Assembly (NCBI GenBank): GCA_963668355.1 | Contig: OY764265.1 | Location: 670,553 to 734,552 of the forward strand | Reading direction: 5' to 3' | Length of the DNA stretch: 64,000 nucleotides | From: Bdellovibrionota bacterium | GTDB taxonomy: Bacteria; Bdellovibrionota_G; JALEGL01; DATDPG01 | In this document: positions 36,328 to 45,935 of the stretch, one piece after another | How the letters are laid out: the number at the start of each line of letters is the position of its first letter | How positions within the stretch are numbered: position 1 is the first letter of the stretch | Position numbers and translations under genes: made by a program | The notes under the pieces: generated by a model | The model's database searches: none | The model's input: the letters and a program-made list of their open reading frames with translations, nothing else | What the model was told of the DNA's origin: nothing

Positions 36328-37173
36328 CTATCTTTTCACAAACAACGCATTGTCCATCACATTTTCAGGGACGTTTTCAATCGGAGTCATGCCGAGAGGA
36401 AAAGCACGAGGCCAAAAGCCTTCAAAACCCAATTTTTCTAAAAAGCAAATCTCTTCCTGCACACTGGTTCCGGCCATTCGTGCCGTCTCTTCATTCAGTT
36501 CGATGATCACAGTCATGGGTCGTTTTTGTGAAAGCAGACGTTGAGCACCGAGGAGTGCTTGCATCTCATACCCTTCGATATCGATCTTCAAAAGATCAAT
36601 TGCATGAAGCCCATTCGCGTCTGCATAGGCATCCAGAGATGTAACATTCATTTCACATGAGGTTTCATCTTTCTCGAATCGACGCACAGCCGAGGGGAGC
36701 CCACTTTGACTTAAAGTGGAGTGATATAGAAGAGTCGTCTCGAAAGATTGACCTAGTCCCAAGCGATTTATTCGAACAATGGATTGCAAATCTGGGTTCA
36801 ATGCACGATTTCGCGCCAATCGGTCAAAATTTTCAGGATGAGGCTCGAATGCATGAACTTCGCCTTTCTGACCTACGCAGCTTGCCGCCGTAAGGGAGTA
36901 GATTCCTAAATTGGCCCCCGCATCCACAAAAACCATTCCCGGCCGAAGGCATTTTCGAAGCCAACGCATGCAGTTCTTCTCGTAGGTATCAAAGAGATAT
37001 ATCTCTCGAGGCTGTCGATCCCTGAGATCCAATTCAAATTGAAGGCCTTTTCGCGATCGGTAGAGCGTTGAGCCTTCCCAGTCACAACGAACCTGACTGG
37101 CAAAAAATTCGCAGGCGGCGTGATAAGGAAGATGTCTGGACAGCCATAAGAAGGCTTGATTGGAGATCCGCAT
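36328..37173 (-). CDS. FkbM-family SAM-dependent methyltransferase
   Basis: VFVDAGANLGIYSL...VHAFEPHPENFDRLARN...LKIDIEGYE. Its stop lies 1 nt from the SagB-type gene start. Confidence 0.8.
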   Translation of the reverse strand: MRISNQAFLWLSRHLPYHAACEFFASQVRCDWEGSTLYRSRKGLQFELDLRDRQPREIYLFDTYEKNCMRWLRKCLRPGMVFVDAGANLGIYSLTAASCVGQKGEVHAFEPHPENFDRLARNRALNPDLQSIVRINRLGLGQSFETTLLYHSTLSQSGLPSAVRRFEKDETSCEMNVTSLDAYADANGLHAIDLLKIDIEGYEMQALLGAQRLLSQKRPMTVIIELNEETARMAGTSVQEEICFLEKLGFEGFWPRAFPLGMTPIENVPENVMDNALFVKR

Positions 37174-37314
37174 ATGACCTGATTGGCTATCATATCGGAA
37201 GCCGTTTTAACAGGAGGCCAAAGGGGGGACGCTCTACCTACTTTCCCTACATGCAGGTTAGACATGTGCCCCCGCCACAGAACTTTAAGCCTCTTTCATT
37301 CGATCTTCATATTT

Positions 37315-37560
37315 CTACTTTACTTTCTCTTCACTTTCTTTCATTTCTTCCTTCTTCTTTTCCATCTTTTTTTTCATTTTTTCATCTTGGCTCGCCGTTT
37401 TGATGTCTTTCGCTTTTTCTTTCAAATCCGCCGATTTTTCTTTTTTCACGTCACAGGCCTTTCCATCTTCTTTCACAACCGGACAGGTCTTAGACGCACA
37501 CCCTGAAACTGCCGAGACAAAAATGGAGGCCAAGAGGATTACCATCGATTTCTTCATCAC
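37315..37560 (-). CDS. Small Lys/Glu-rich lipoprotein
   Basis: MMKKSMVILLASIFVSAVSGCAS lipobox, then a low-complexity K/E tail. GGGAG lies upstream of the ATG. Confidence 0.5.
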   Translation of the reverse strand: MMKKSMVILLASIFVSAVSGCASKTCPVVKEDGKACDVKKEKSADLKEKAKDIKTASQDEKMKKKMEKKKEEMKESEEKVK

Positions 37561-37596
37561 AAACTCCCTATTTTTGAATTAAAAGAAGCAAGGAGA

Positions 37597-37616
37597 TTTG
37601 CAAAGGCTGTTCCAGG
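37597..37616 (-). promoter_or_regulatory. Sigma-54-type promoter upstream of the K/E-rich lipoprotein gene
   Basis: The minus strand reads CCTGGAACAGCCTTTGCAAA. GG-N10-GC spacing is correct and the -12 element TTTGCA is good. It lies about 28 nt upstream of ATG 37560. Confidence 0.45.
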
Positions 37617-37782
37617 TCATAAAAAAACAACCTTTTCTTGTTTTTCAGGCATTTGCGAACTTCCCGCACCAACAAACGACCGAAAATAATTCATCATCCT
37701 ATTCAACTTGGATACTTCTTGCAGGGTTAAGGATCATCCGATCCTTCTTCGGAATCGCAGACCTTTTCCCCCTTAACGCCAT

Positions 37783-37813
37783 AAAAAAAGCCCCCTTAAA
37801 AAGGGGGCTTTTT
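37783..37813. terminator. Bidirectional intrinsic terminator
   Basis: aaaaaaagccccc-ttaaaaa-gggggcttttt: a GC stem flanked by A and T runs, 40 nt downstream of the small peptide gene. Confidence 0.75.
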
Positions 37814-37852
37814 ACAGCCTAGGGCTGCGAATGAGCTAAAAACTGGTCCTCG

Positions 37853-37993
37853 TTAACACTCAGCTCCCGCGTAAATGCTTAAGTTTACGTCACATTGCCC
37901 ACCACATACTGGAGTAGGCGTAATCTTGCTTTCGAGTTCTAAGATCTCGAGGTCCAAGTTAAGTTTCTTTTTAGCTTTTTTTGTTCTTTTCAT
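37853..37993 (-). CDS. 46-aa leader/core-like peptide (possible bacteriocin/RiPP precursor)
   Basis: ATG 37993 follows GAAGGAAA. MKRTKKAKKKLNLDLEILELESKITPTPVCGG-QCDVNLSIYAGAEC has a basic/amphipathic leader, an internal GG, 3 Cys and several Thr/Ser. A strong terminator follows. Confidence 0.45.
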   Translation of the reverse strand: MKRTKKAKKKLNLDLEILELESKITPTPVCGGQCDVNLSIYAGAEC

Positions 37994-38227
37994 GGTGTTT
38001 CCTTCATTTCGACAGCTTGCCAACCATACAAGACTCCACAAAGACTCAGGCTTAGGCTACAAGCTTTGCGCCCCCCAACTTTCGTAAAAGGGTAGCCGTT
38101 TCGACGAAGAGAGGTCGTTTAAACACCCTCCACCGCTACTTTTATTTCTATCAGAAACTTTTGTTTCTTTCAATGGATTTTCGAGAAATCAAATAAAAAC
38201 AACCCCTTACACACCCAAGACCCGTTC

Positions 38228-40213
38228 TCAAAGGCTGTACTCGATTTTGAGGGCAACCTCTCGAGCAGAACCGGGAAGTGGGGAATGATAACCATCATAC
38301 GGTTGCACGAACGCATGTCCGACATTGAACAAATCATAAAAACCCAAACCAATGTTTAACCCCTTGAGAAAGGCACTCCGATAGCGAATGAACAAGTTCA
38401 CTACAGCCTCCGGGTCCAACTCCGATATCTCGGATGTTCCAGTTCCAGCAGAAACCGTTTGATAGGCCGGACGTTCGCTGATCACGATGATTGACGGATG
38501 AAGAGTCAGGTTCTCAAAAAGTTCCCAGCTACCTGAGAAAGTCCACTTATGAGAAGGAAAGCCAACATAGCGCGAACCCCCGGATGGGGGAGAGTAAGCG
38601 TGGGTCGAGGTATAGGCTGAATGATAATAAGAATAATTTAGACTCAAAGACCCCCATTTTTCGCGCATTCGAAATTCGAATTCCGTCCCCCTGGAACCCA
38701 TTTTTCCCAAGTTGAGATAGCTATCCTCTCCCGTGGAAGAGTCAAAGGCATAAACAATCGGATCTTTGATTCGAATATCAAAATAATTGGCGACAAAGAA
38801 TAGGTGGGCCGTCGGCGTCCAACCCACCTCAACTTCGAAAACATCCGTTTTCTCTCGGCGAATATTGGACCCAAAATTGATTTGCTCGATACTCGGAGAA
38901 CGAAAAGCTCGGCTGTACAAAGCCTTCCCATGGAATTTCTTCCAAGCCTTTGTCAAGCCCACACGAGGTGCGAACATACTTCCAAACTCCTCGTGCCAAT
39001 CAAATCGAATTCCAGTTGTCAGATCGAAGAGCGAGTTCTCCCAGTTGGACTCTCCAAACACCGAGAAACTTCCAAACCCAATATCATCATCTCCATTTTT
39101 AAACACCCAGTCCGCCGAATTTCCGTATTCGGCGAAGTCATGTCGATATTCTCCCCCAAGCAAAACATGGAAATTTTCCAGGGGCGTCCAATCCATTTTC
39201 AAGGCTCCCAGATGTTGATAAGCGGTCGGGTCATAGCGCGTAACATTTGCCGTAGGAATGTCTGGCAATTGCCAAGGTTGATGGGCTTTAAACTTATACT
39301 CTGGCGTGATGGAAAAGCGTGGGTTGACATTCCACGTGTTTGACAAGCTAGCATTATAGGAACGAAATCGATTGTCGACGGAAGCGGGAAGCAAAGCATC
39401 GTAACCATCTTTCGATTCCATGACATAATCGTCATACAAAAGCTTCGCGATCAAATCTTTCCATCGAAAACGAATGTTGATATTCGATGATTTCATTTCG
39501 GAGGATTCATACATGTCAAATGTACCCCCGTAGATATCTGTGTATGGCTGGTCACTTCTTCGGGCATACCCCAAGCCCCCCGAAAAACCGATGAACACAT
39601 CCTCGCCGAGACGGGCACCGGTCGTGGCTTGAAGCGTCTGTCGTGCATATCCGTGACGAGACCAGCTTGACAAGAGAGAGGCATCGCCATTTTCCTTTTC
39701 GGCTTCCAAGCGCGTTGTGATGCGAATGACTGCAAGTTCCGCAAAACCTCCATAAATAGCGGACCCAGGCCCTCGGATGACGTCGATTTGTTCAATTTGA
39801 TCGACAAAGTAGTGATTTCCAAATTCCGTATTGGAATACATGAGTTCATTCATCTCGTGGCCGTCCACAATGAGAAGGACTTTTCCTTCATGTCCCCAAT
39901 TTCCCCGGAATCCAATTCCAACCGTTCCCAAAATATCTACGCCGAATTCAATTCCGGGAATAAGCCTTAAAACATCAATCAAATCTCTAGCGCCGGAGTT
40001 CGCAATTTCTTCTCTTGTGATCGTAGAAATAACCCCTGGAGATGTCCGACGACTCTTGGGAACGCGAGAGGCCACATCCACGGGCATATTGAGAAGATCC
40101 TCCAGAGAGTGGGCTAAAAGATCCTTTCCACCTTCTGGTTCTTGGGTTTGAGCAAAAGAAATGCCCCCCCCGAGCAGAACCAAGAAAAAACATATCCAAA
40201 ATGGATATTTCAT
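38228..40213 (-). CDS. TonB-dependent outer-membrane receptor
   Basis: Signal peptide MKYPFWICFFLVLLGGGISFAQ. Plug motifs GARDLIDVLRLIPGIE and IDVIRGPGSAIYG, followed by a long beta-barrel. Confidence 0.85.
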   Translation of the reverse strand: MKYPFWICFFLVLLGGGISFAQTQEPEGGKDLLAHSLEDLLNMPVDVASRVPKSRRTSPGVISTITREEIANSGARDLIDVLRLIPGIEFGVDILGTVGIGFRGNWGHEGKVLLIVDGHEMNELMYSNTEFGNHYFVDQIEQIDVIRGPGSAIYGGFAELAVIRITTRLEAEKENGDASLLSSWSRHGYARQTLQATTGARLGEDVFIGFSGGLGYARRSDQPYTDIYGGTFDMYESSEMKSSNINIRFRWKDLIAKLLYDDYVMESKDGYDALLPASVDNRFRSYNASLSNTWNVNPRFSITPEYKFKAHQPWQLPDIPTANVTRYDPTAYQHLGALKMDWTPLENFHVLLGGEYRHDFAEYGNSADWVFKNGDDDIGFGSFSVFGESNWENSLFDLTTGIRFDWHEEFGSMFAPRVGLTKAWKKFHGKALYSRAFRSPSIEQINFGSNIRREKTDVFEVEVGWTPTAHLFFVANYFDIRIKDPIVYAFDSSTGEDSYLNLGKMGSRGTEFEFRMREKWGSLSLNYSYYHSAYTSTHAYSPPSGGSRYVGFPSHKWTFSGSWELFENLTLHPSIIVISERPAYQTVSAGTGTSEISELDPEAVVNLFIRYRSAFLKGLNIGLGFYDLFNVGHAFVQPYDGYHSPLPGSAREVALKIEYSL

Positions 40214-40833
40214 GGAACCTGCTCTCCTTTTTCTTCGTCGCAAAATGAATATGGATCCCGAATTACGTTTTTGGAAAGTCGCAGGAGTTTAGAGCTGATG
40301 TCAAAACTGTACTTCCGGGCCATGCCCAAACTAATATCCAAGGAAACATGTCCTTCTAAAATTTTCATGGATACGATTCCACCCTTTTCCAGCCACTCGT
40401 CGTTTTCCACGATCGTCAAGACACCCCTGCGAATCGCACGACATAAAACCGAAGCATCAACCTTCGTTAAATGAAGAATTTGGCACCGAGCAAGATCTTC
40501 GTTCTTAGAAAAAGGAAGAACATGAATGGCTTTGCCAGCAATGCTCTCTCCCTCCAAAAGAGCTTTCCACACCTTGAGATTTGTCTCACTTAAATCTGTA
40601 CAAATCGAAACCCGAGTTGGATTTTCAGATTCCAAATTTTTTGTTGGCCACGTCACAAAGGGAATCATTCGATAGACAATCGATGCCTTGAGGGGCACGA
40701 CCGAATTTCTTTCCATAGATTGCCCACGAGAAGATTCGGGAAAAAACCCGAAAGAAAAAAGAAAAAAACAGAAAAGCAAAATCTTTGGACTCAAAAAAAC
40801 ATCATTTCTTCTAGGTATCAAACGTTTTTCCAA
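40210..40833 (-). CDS. YfiR/DUF4154-family periplasmic protein
   Basis: LKASIVYRMIPFVTWP..VSICT......CQILHL...ISSKLLRLSK follows the DUF4154 pattern. ATGA overlap with the receptor gene. Confidence 0.65.
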   Translation of the reverse strand: MEKRLIPRRNDVFLSPKILLFCFFLFSFGFFPESSRGQSMERNSVVPLKASIVYRMIPFVTWPTKNLESENPTRVSICTDLSETNLKVWKALLEGESIAGKAIHVLPFSKNEDLARCQILHLTKVDASVLCRAIRRGVLTIVENDEWLEKGGIVSMKILEGHVSLDISLGMARKYSFDISSKLLRLSKNVIRDPYSFCDEEKGEQVP

Positions 40834-40929
40834 TCTTTTCCGTGAGACCCCCTATGTTTTCATATACGGATTATTTTTCTAACCTTTTTTATATTTCTTT
40901 ATTCGTGTCCAAACAACTGCAATTCTGCA

Positions 40930-42660
40930 GTGCGTCTATTTCAAAAAAATTCTAAGGAGATCTTCATCAAGGTAAGATCTTCGTCCACAACAATGAAGTG
41001 CTTCACAAGATGCTTAGTCGCTTTCAAACGATCCAAGGTCCGTTGGGCCACTTGGGTTTTTTTTGCTCCTGTTCTGCTTTTTTCATCCAACCTTGATGGC
41101 ACTTGGATTTTAGACGACCACTATCAAATCGAAGAAAATCCCTATGTACGCTCCGTGAAGCATATTCCTCGAATCTGGACCACACGAGTCTGGGAATCGA
41201 CCTCCTTGGAGTCAACGGGTTCGGACATCTATCGTCCGGTCTTTCTCACTTCCTATATCTTGGATTCTTACCTTTTTGCTCTTGCTCCTTGGGCCTGCCA
41301 TTTATTGAACAATTTGCTGCATGCCTTAAATGCGCTGCTTCTCTTCCTCATCATGAGCCATTTCGTTCCCTTAAGATGGGCTGGATGGGCCGCTATCATA
41401 TTCGCCTTACATCCATTGGTGGTAGAGGGGGTGACTTGGATCAGTGGTCGCATGGACCTTTTGGTGACGTTTTTTGCCCTTCTCAATCTCCTCTTTCTTC
41501 GGAGAGCCCTTTGCCCTCCTTCCTCCAGTTCATGGAAGTATGTGCTGCTCTTCTTCATCACCATCCCCCTTGGACTGTTCTCAAAAGAGGTTTTTCTCCC
41601 TTTGCCCTTCCTCTTCATCGGGTCCTTATGGTTAACAACGAAGACCAAGCCCAAACGCTTATTCCCCTCTTTAATTTTTGGAACTTTTTTCCTCACGCTC
41701 ATCGGCTTAATTTGGAGAAATCAAATTGTTCAAAAAGATATTTTTCAGCTCTTGTCTTTAACGAACCTACGAAATGCAAATGCGCTTCTGGGTCGTTTTT
41801 TCACCCTTTTTCTCAACCCAAGCGACTCTGACTTCTTCTTCCAATACCCAAATCGGCCATTTTCTTGGAGTTTTGATTTTTCGATTTTTCTAGGATTGCT
41901 CATCGTTGTAGGCGTTCTCGTTTATAAAAGCCGAAAGAATGTTTTTGCTCTATGGGGATGGGGCCTGCTATTGGGACCTTTTTTGCCCCTTTCTTTGATC
42001 GTGGACCTTCTGGGATTAATCAGTGAGCGTTATTTTTATCTCCCGTTCGCGGGGTTTTGCATCCTTTTGGCCCAGGGAAGTTTCTGGGCCCAGGAAAACA
42101 TTCGACCCCGATTGAGCGCCTTTCCCGCCAGAGGATTCACATCGATTGGGCTGGTTTGGATTTTGGCTCTATCCACCATCACCGTGTTGCGAAATCGAGA
42201 ATGGCGTAGTGAAGTTCAGCTATACGAAAGCTCGATGGAACGAGACCATGCCAATTACCTTCCTCACTTTTTCATGGCTTGGCATCATCGACGGACTGGG
42301 AGATCAGATCTGGAAGTTCAAAGCTACCAAGAAACCTTGAAACGAAAGCCCGGCAATCTTCACTCTCTGAACAACCTCGCCGTTCATTACATCGACCATT
42401 CACAGTTTACCAAAGCCTTGCCTCTGCTGGAGAGGGCATTGAAGAAGAATCCCCATCGCGCCAAAACCTTCTATAATTTTGGGTATTTCTATGAGAGACA
42501 AGGGCAGTATCACCACGCCAAATCTCAATACGAAGCCGCACTCCATCTCCGCCCCGGATATCTAGCCGCGCAAAAGGCCTTACGTCGCATTCGCATCATT
42601 CTTAAAAAGGCTGATGATCAAAAAAAGTCTGAGACTTCACAAGCGGTTGACTTAGAATAG
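40930..42660 (+). CDS. Polytopic membrane protein with C-terminal TPR repeats (GT-C / PMT-like fold suspected)
   Basis: 576 aa. The N-terminal ~400 aa are multi-TM with YRPVFLTSY. The C-terminal part has TPR-like repeats (NNLAVHYIDHSQFTKALPLLERALKKNP, YNFGYFYERQGQYHHAKSQYEAAL). Confidence 0.5.
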   Translation: MRLFQKNSKEIFIKVRSSSTTMKCFTRCLVAFKRSKVRWATWVFFAPVLLFSSNLDGTWILDDHYQIEENPYVRSVKHIPRIWTTRVWESTSLESTGSDIYRPVFLTSYILDSYLFALAPWACHLLNNLLHALNALLLFLIMSHFVPLRWAGWAAIIFALHPLVVEGVTWISGRMDLLVTFFALLNLLFLRRALCPPSSSSWKYVLLFFITIPLGLFSKEVFLPLPFLFIGSLWLTTKTKPKRLFPSLIFGTFFLTLIGLIWRNQIVQKDIFQLLSLTNLRNANALLGRFFTLFLNPSDSDFFFQYPNRPFSWSFDFSIFLGLLIVVGVLVYKSRKNVFALWGWGLLLGPFLPLSLIVDLLGLISERYFYLPFAGFCILLAQGSFWAQENIRPRLSAFPARGFTSIGLVWILALSTITVLRNREWRSEVQLYESSMERDHANYLPHFFMAWHHRRTGRSDLEVQSYQETLKRKPGNLHSLNNLAVHYIDHSQFTKALPLLERALKKNPHRAKTFYNFGYFYERQGQYHHAKSQYEAALHLRPGYLAAQKALRRIRIILKKADDQKKSETSQAVDLE

Positions 42661-42664
42661 AAAC

Positions 42665-44476
42665 GTGCCCGATTTTCCAATGTTTGGGGTTTCCTCCTCC
42701 CGAAGCAAAGACTCGGGATCGGTCAAAACAAAGATCATTTTTACCCTTCTCGGTCTTGGCCTGGTTCTCTTCACATTTTTTTGGAAAGAAAGCATTCCCC
42801 CTGCCGATTTTCAATGGCACGAGCAAGAGACTCAAAAATACCAACTAAATATTTCTTCCAAAACACAATTCCATTCCAACGCTGAGATGGGAACCACACT
42901 TCGCATTCGGGGACTTCTTCAGCTCCATGTTTTCTCAAATGTCCACCCGATCCAACTCGGATTCAGGTTAAATGATGCAGAAGTATTTTCAAATGGCGTT
43001 GTTGACTCGGAAATGAAGGATCTTTACTCCACTCCGTTTTTAGCCACAATGAATTCCCACGGGAGATTTTTAAATTTTTTCTTTCCTGAGACGCTCGAGA
43101 AAGATCAAAAAAACCGCTTAAAGCATATGATCCTCCCCTTTGAAACCATTCTGCGATCCAAGAAAGCATGGGACACGCGGCAAAACGACGCTATCGGAGA
43201 ATACGAAGCGAAGTATGAACAAATCACTCCCAAAACGTTCAATAGAACAAAAACACACTATTTGCTAAAGGGGCCGGAAAGCCCAAATGTCGAGATCCAT
43301 ACTTCCTCGGGACAGTTTAACCTAACGGCTTCCCTTTCTTGGCTCGAACAGTCAAAAATCTCGGAAACCCTTCTCATTTCACCTCTGAATGATCAGCCCA
43401 TTCTATCCACGCAAAACCACTTTTCATTGGAACTTCTAGGAAAGGACCAAAGTAGCTTAATCTGGTCTCAAATGACTTTTCTTGAAGCCCAAAGTCAACT
43501 CAACCAGACATCTACCAAAAGAAATATTGATCCCCCAAGTCTCGAGAAGAGACCACGCGAAGGGGGTCTCATTGAAATCTTAGAGCGACTTTCAGAAAAC
43601 GAAAGCCAAGCAAAGCTTTCCTCATTCCAAGAATACTTAAGCCTTCACCCCAAGGAAATATCGGAACTCCCCCAGATTTTTATGACCCAGGGCTTAAAGG
43701 AGGGCCTGTACGTTTCGATGATGAATGTCCTCGCACGTCTCGGAACCCCGGAATCGCAGCAAGTTCTTCTTCGCCTACTGGATGAGGAGAGGCAATCCAC
43801 ACAGAACCGGATCCAAGCAGCCAAGGCCTTTTCAAAGATTCAACAACCCCTCTCAGATGAAATTCAGAGAGAATTGATGGCACGAATCGAGCGCTTGGAT
43901 ACGGAAGAAGATACCCGAGAAATATACTCGATGGCCATCTTGGCCCTCGGAACCATCGGCAAAAACTTACGTGACAAGTACCCACAAGAGTCTCAAAGGA
44001 TCGAATCTCTCTTGGTCAGTGAATTGGAAAATGCAAACACCACAAAACAGGCGTCATGTTTATTATCGGCACTCGGAAATTTGGAGGATTCAAGAAATGC
44101 CTCTCTATTCGAGTCTTATTTGCAGCATGAAAATCAAAACCTTCGTAAAGCCGCTGTGGAAGCCTATCAATATATGAAGCCGGAAATCATTCAAACGCCT
44201 TTGCTTAATCGCCTTCGCCTCGAAAAAAACACTGAAATCATTGATGTCATCGCAAGCTTGCTTCAACGCTGCTCGCTTTCCGTTTCGGATGCCCAAATCA
44301 TCTTTCAGAAAATCCTTTCGGAATCCGATCCGACTTCCAGACAAAAACTCCTTCAATTATGGACTCAAAATACGCCTTCCGAAAGCCGTACGGAGGAGCA
44401 GATTCGAGAGTTGCTTGAAAACGAGGACTCTGAGCCAAATCGAGAGCTCTTGTCCAAAGCCTTACCCAACCTCTAG
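42665..44476 (+). CDS. Hypothetical protein with C-terminal HEAT-like repeats
   Basis: 603 aa with one N-terminal TM/signal segment. The C-terminal half has repeated LL..L.D....VR..A motifs. Confidence 0.45.
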   Translation: MPDFPMFGVSSSRSKDSGSVKTKIIFTLLGLGLVLFTFFWKESIPPADFQWHEQETQKYQLNISSKTQFHSNAEMGTTLRIRGLLQLHVFSNVHPIQLGFRLNDAEVFSNGVVDSEMKDLYSTPFLATMNSHGRFLNFFFPETLEKDQKNRLKHMILPFETILRSKKAWDTRQNDAIGEYEAKYEQITPKTFNRTKTHYLLKGPESPNVEIHTSSGQFNLTASLSWLEQSKISETLLISPLNDQPILSTQNHFSLELLGKDQSSLIWSQMTFLEAQSQLNQTSTKRNIDPPSLEKRPREGGLIEILERLSENESQAKLSSFQEYLSLHPKEISELPQIFMTQGLKEGLYVSMMNVLARLGTPESQQVLLRLLDEERQSTQNRIQAAKAFSKIQQPLSDEIQRELMARIERLDTEEDTREIYSMAILALGTIGKNLRDKYPQESQRIESLLVSELENANTTKQASCLLSALGNLEDSRNASLFESYLQHENQNLRKAAVEAYQYMKPEIIQTPLLNRLRLEKNTEIIDVIASLLQRCSLSVSDAQIIFQKILSESDPTSRQKLLQLWTQNTPSESRTEEQIRELLENEDSEPNRELLSKALPNL

Positions 44477-44600
44477 GGCAAACTTGTGCGGCGCGTCTAT
44501 CTAACCTTCGCAAAGCCCCCCCTTTCTCATGTTTCTTCCGAAGATTCTTCGCTAAGATGGTGATGGCAAACCCACGCATCCTTCAGAAAAGGAACTTCTC

Positions 44601-45929
44601 ATGGCAAAAAAACATGCTTTCTTCGGGTGGTTGGCTGGCGGTCTGATCCTTCTTTTTTCCTGTGGGGGTGACGACAATCCAAACGCCGAAACGGCCTCTC
44701 TAACTATCAACCTGCTTCCCTCGGCTGTGGAAGGGCTTCTAAACTCAACACGAACGCCCCTCGCGACTCGCCTTCAAATTTCGCCTCCTGCCGTGGGACA
44801 GACCACAACGAGTTCTTTGACCAGCCTTCAATATTTCATAAGAGAAATCCGTCTCTGCAAAGACATCACGACGTCTGGAACCGGCTACTCCGGGGTTTCA
44901 GACTGCATTTCTCTCTATCGAACCGCCGATGACGCAGCTTCAAGCGAAACGTTCTACAATGAATATACGGTTTCAGATGCGTTAAATGATGAGGACGAAG
45001 GTCATTTCATCGACTTGGTTTCAGAGGCGGGAAGAGAACAACTCGCATCCACGCCGACTTCACTCACCAGCGCAATGATCGGGGATTATCATTACGGCGT
45101 CATCGACTATATGCGCCCCATTCGAATGAAGGCTGAATTCAAAAACTCTGATGGAGAAGTGGTTGCTTATACGAAAACACCGACCACTTCTCAAATTCAG
45201 GAAGAAGAGACCAGCGAGGGCGGAATGGAATTTGAGACTGTCCGTCTGGACAACTCCACGACAGCTCCGGCAGAACTCATGACCTACATGTTAAACAATG
45301 GGGGAAAATGGTTTCCTTTTCTACAGCCCTTTTCCATCACCGAAGAAGACATCAATGCCAAAGAAAGCATTCAATTGGATTTCGTTTTCAATCCGAATGG
45401 ATTTTCCACAGCGACGCATGCCGCTTCTTGCGAACCGTCTTCCAGCAATCCTTTTCCCGTTTTTGACGAAACCAATTGCGTAAGCTTCGATCTCCCCTAT
45501 GCTCAATTTTCTCCGGTACCAAGAAGGTCCGGAGAATCTACATTGAAGGAAGTGTATCTCGTCGACTACATCACCGAGGGTGCTCAACAAAGTCAGCTTC
45601 GGGTAGAAATTTACTATAATGATGGGGACGAAACAAAGTCTGTGCAAGGCGTTGATTTGGCGGTCATCATGGACCCGAATGCCACTGAAGGTGTTGGTAA
45701 TATCGTACAAGCCCTTGAAGTCACCGAAGCGGAAAACGTCCTCACGTTTTATGGATGGAACGAGAACTCTGGCGAAGTGGATGCGATCTCCCTTTCAGGA
45801 CTGGAAAGGGAGACAGATGGAGACCTTTTGATCCATTGTATTTTTTCAGGAGGCCCCTGTAGCGACAATGATGGATCAACGTTTTCGCGAAGTTACACTT
45901 ATGAGGGAAGCACTTCCCTCACGGATTGA
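44601..45929 (+). CDS. Hypothetical lipoprotein
   Basis: MAKKHAFFGWLAGGLILLFSCGGDD lipobox. 442 aa. Confidence 0.5.
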   Translation: MAKKHAFFGWLAGGLILLFSCGGDDNPNAETASLTINLLPSAVEGLLNSTRTPLATRLQISPPAVGQTTTSSLTSLQYFIREIRLCKDITTSGTGYSGVSDCISLYRTADDAASSETFYNEYTVSDALNDEDEGHFIDLVSEAGREQLASTPTSLTSAMIGDYHYGVIDYMRPIRMKAEFKNSDGEVVAYTKTPTTSQIQEEETSEGGMEFETVRLDNSTTAPAELMTYMLNNGGKWFPFLQPFSITEEDINAKESIQLDFVFNPNGFSTATHAASCEPSSSNPFPVFDETNCVSFDLPYAQFSPVPRRSGESTLKEVYLVDYITEGAQQSQLRVEIYYNDGDETKSVQGVDLAVIMDPNATEGVGNIVQALEVTEAENVLTFYGWNENSGEVDAISLSGLERETDGDLLIHCIFSGGPCSDNDGSTFSRSYTYEGSTSLTD

Positions 45930-45935
45930 TCTTCG

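Noticed and set aside
34719-38041. SagB-type dehydrogenase plus the nearby Cys/Thr peptide as a thiazole/oxazole (TOMM/LAP) biosynthetic cluster.
   Set aside because: No YcaO cyclodehydratase or E1-like partner is in the window. The peptide is separated from the enzymes by a strong terminator and a separate promoter. The link is unsupported.
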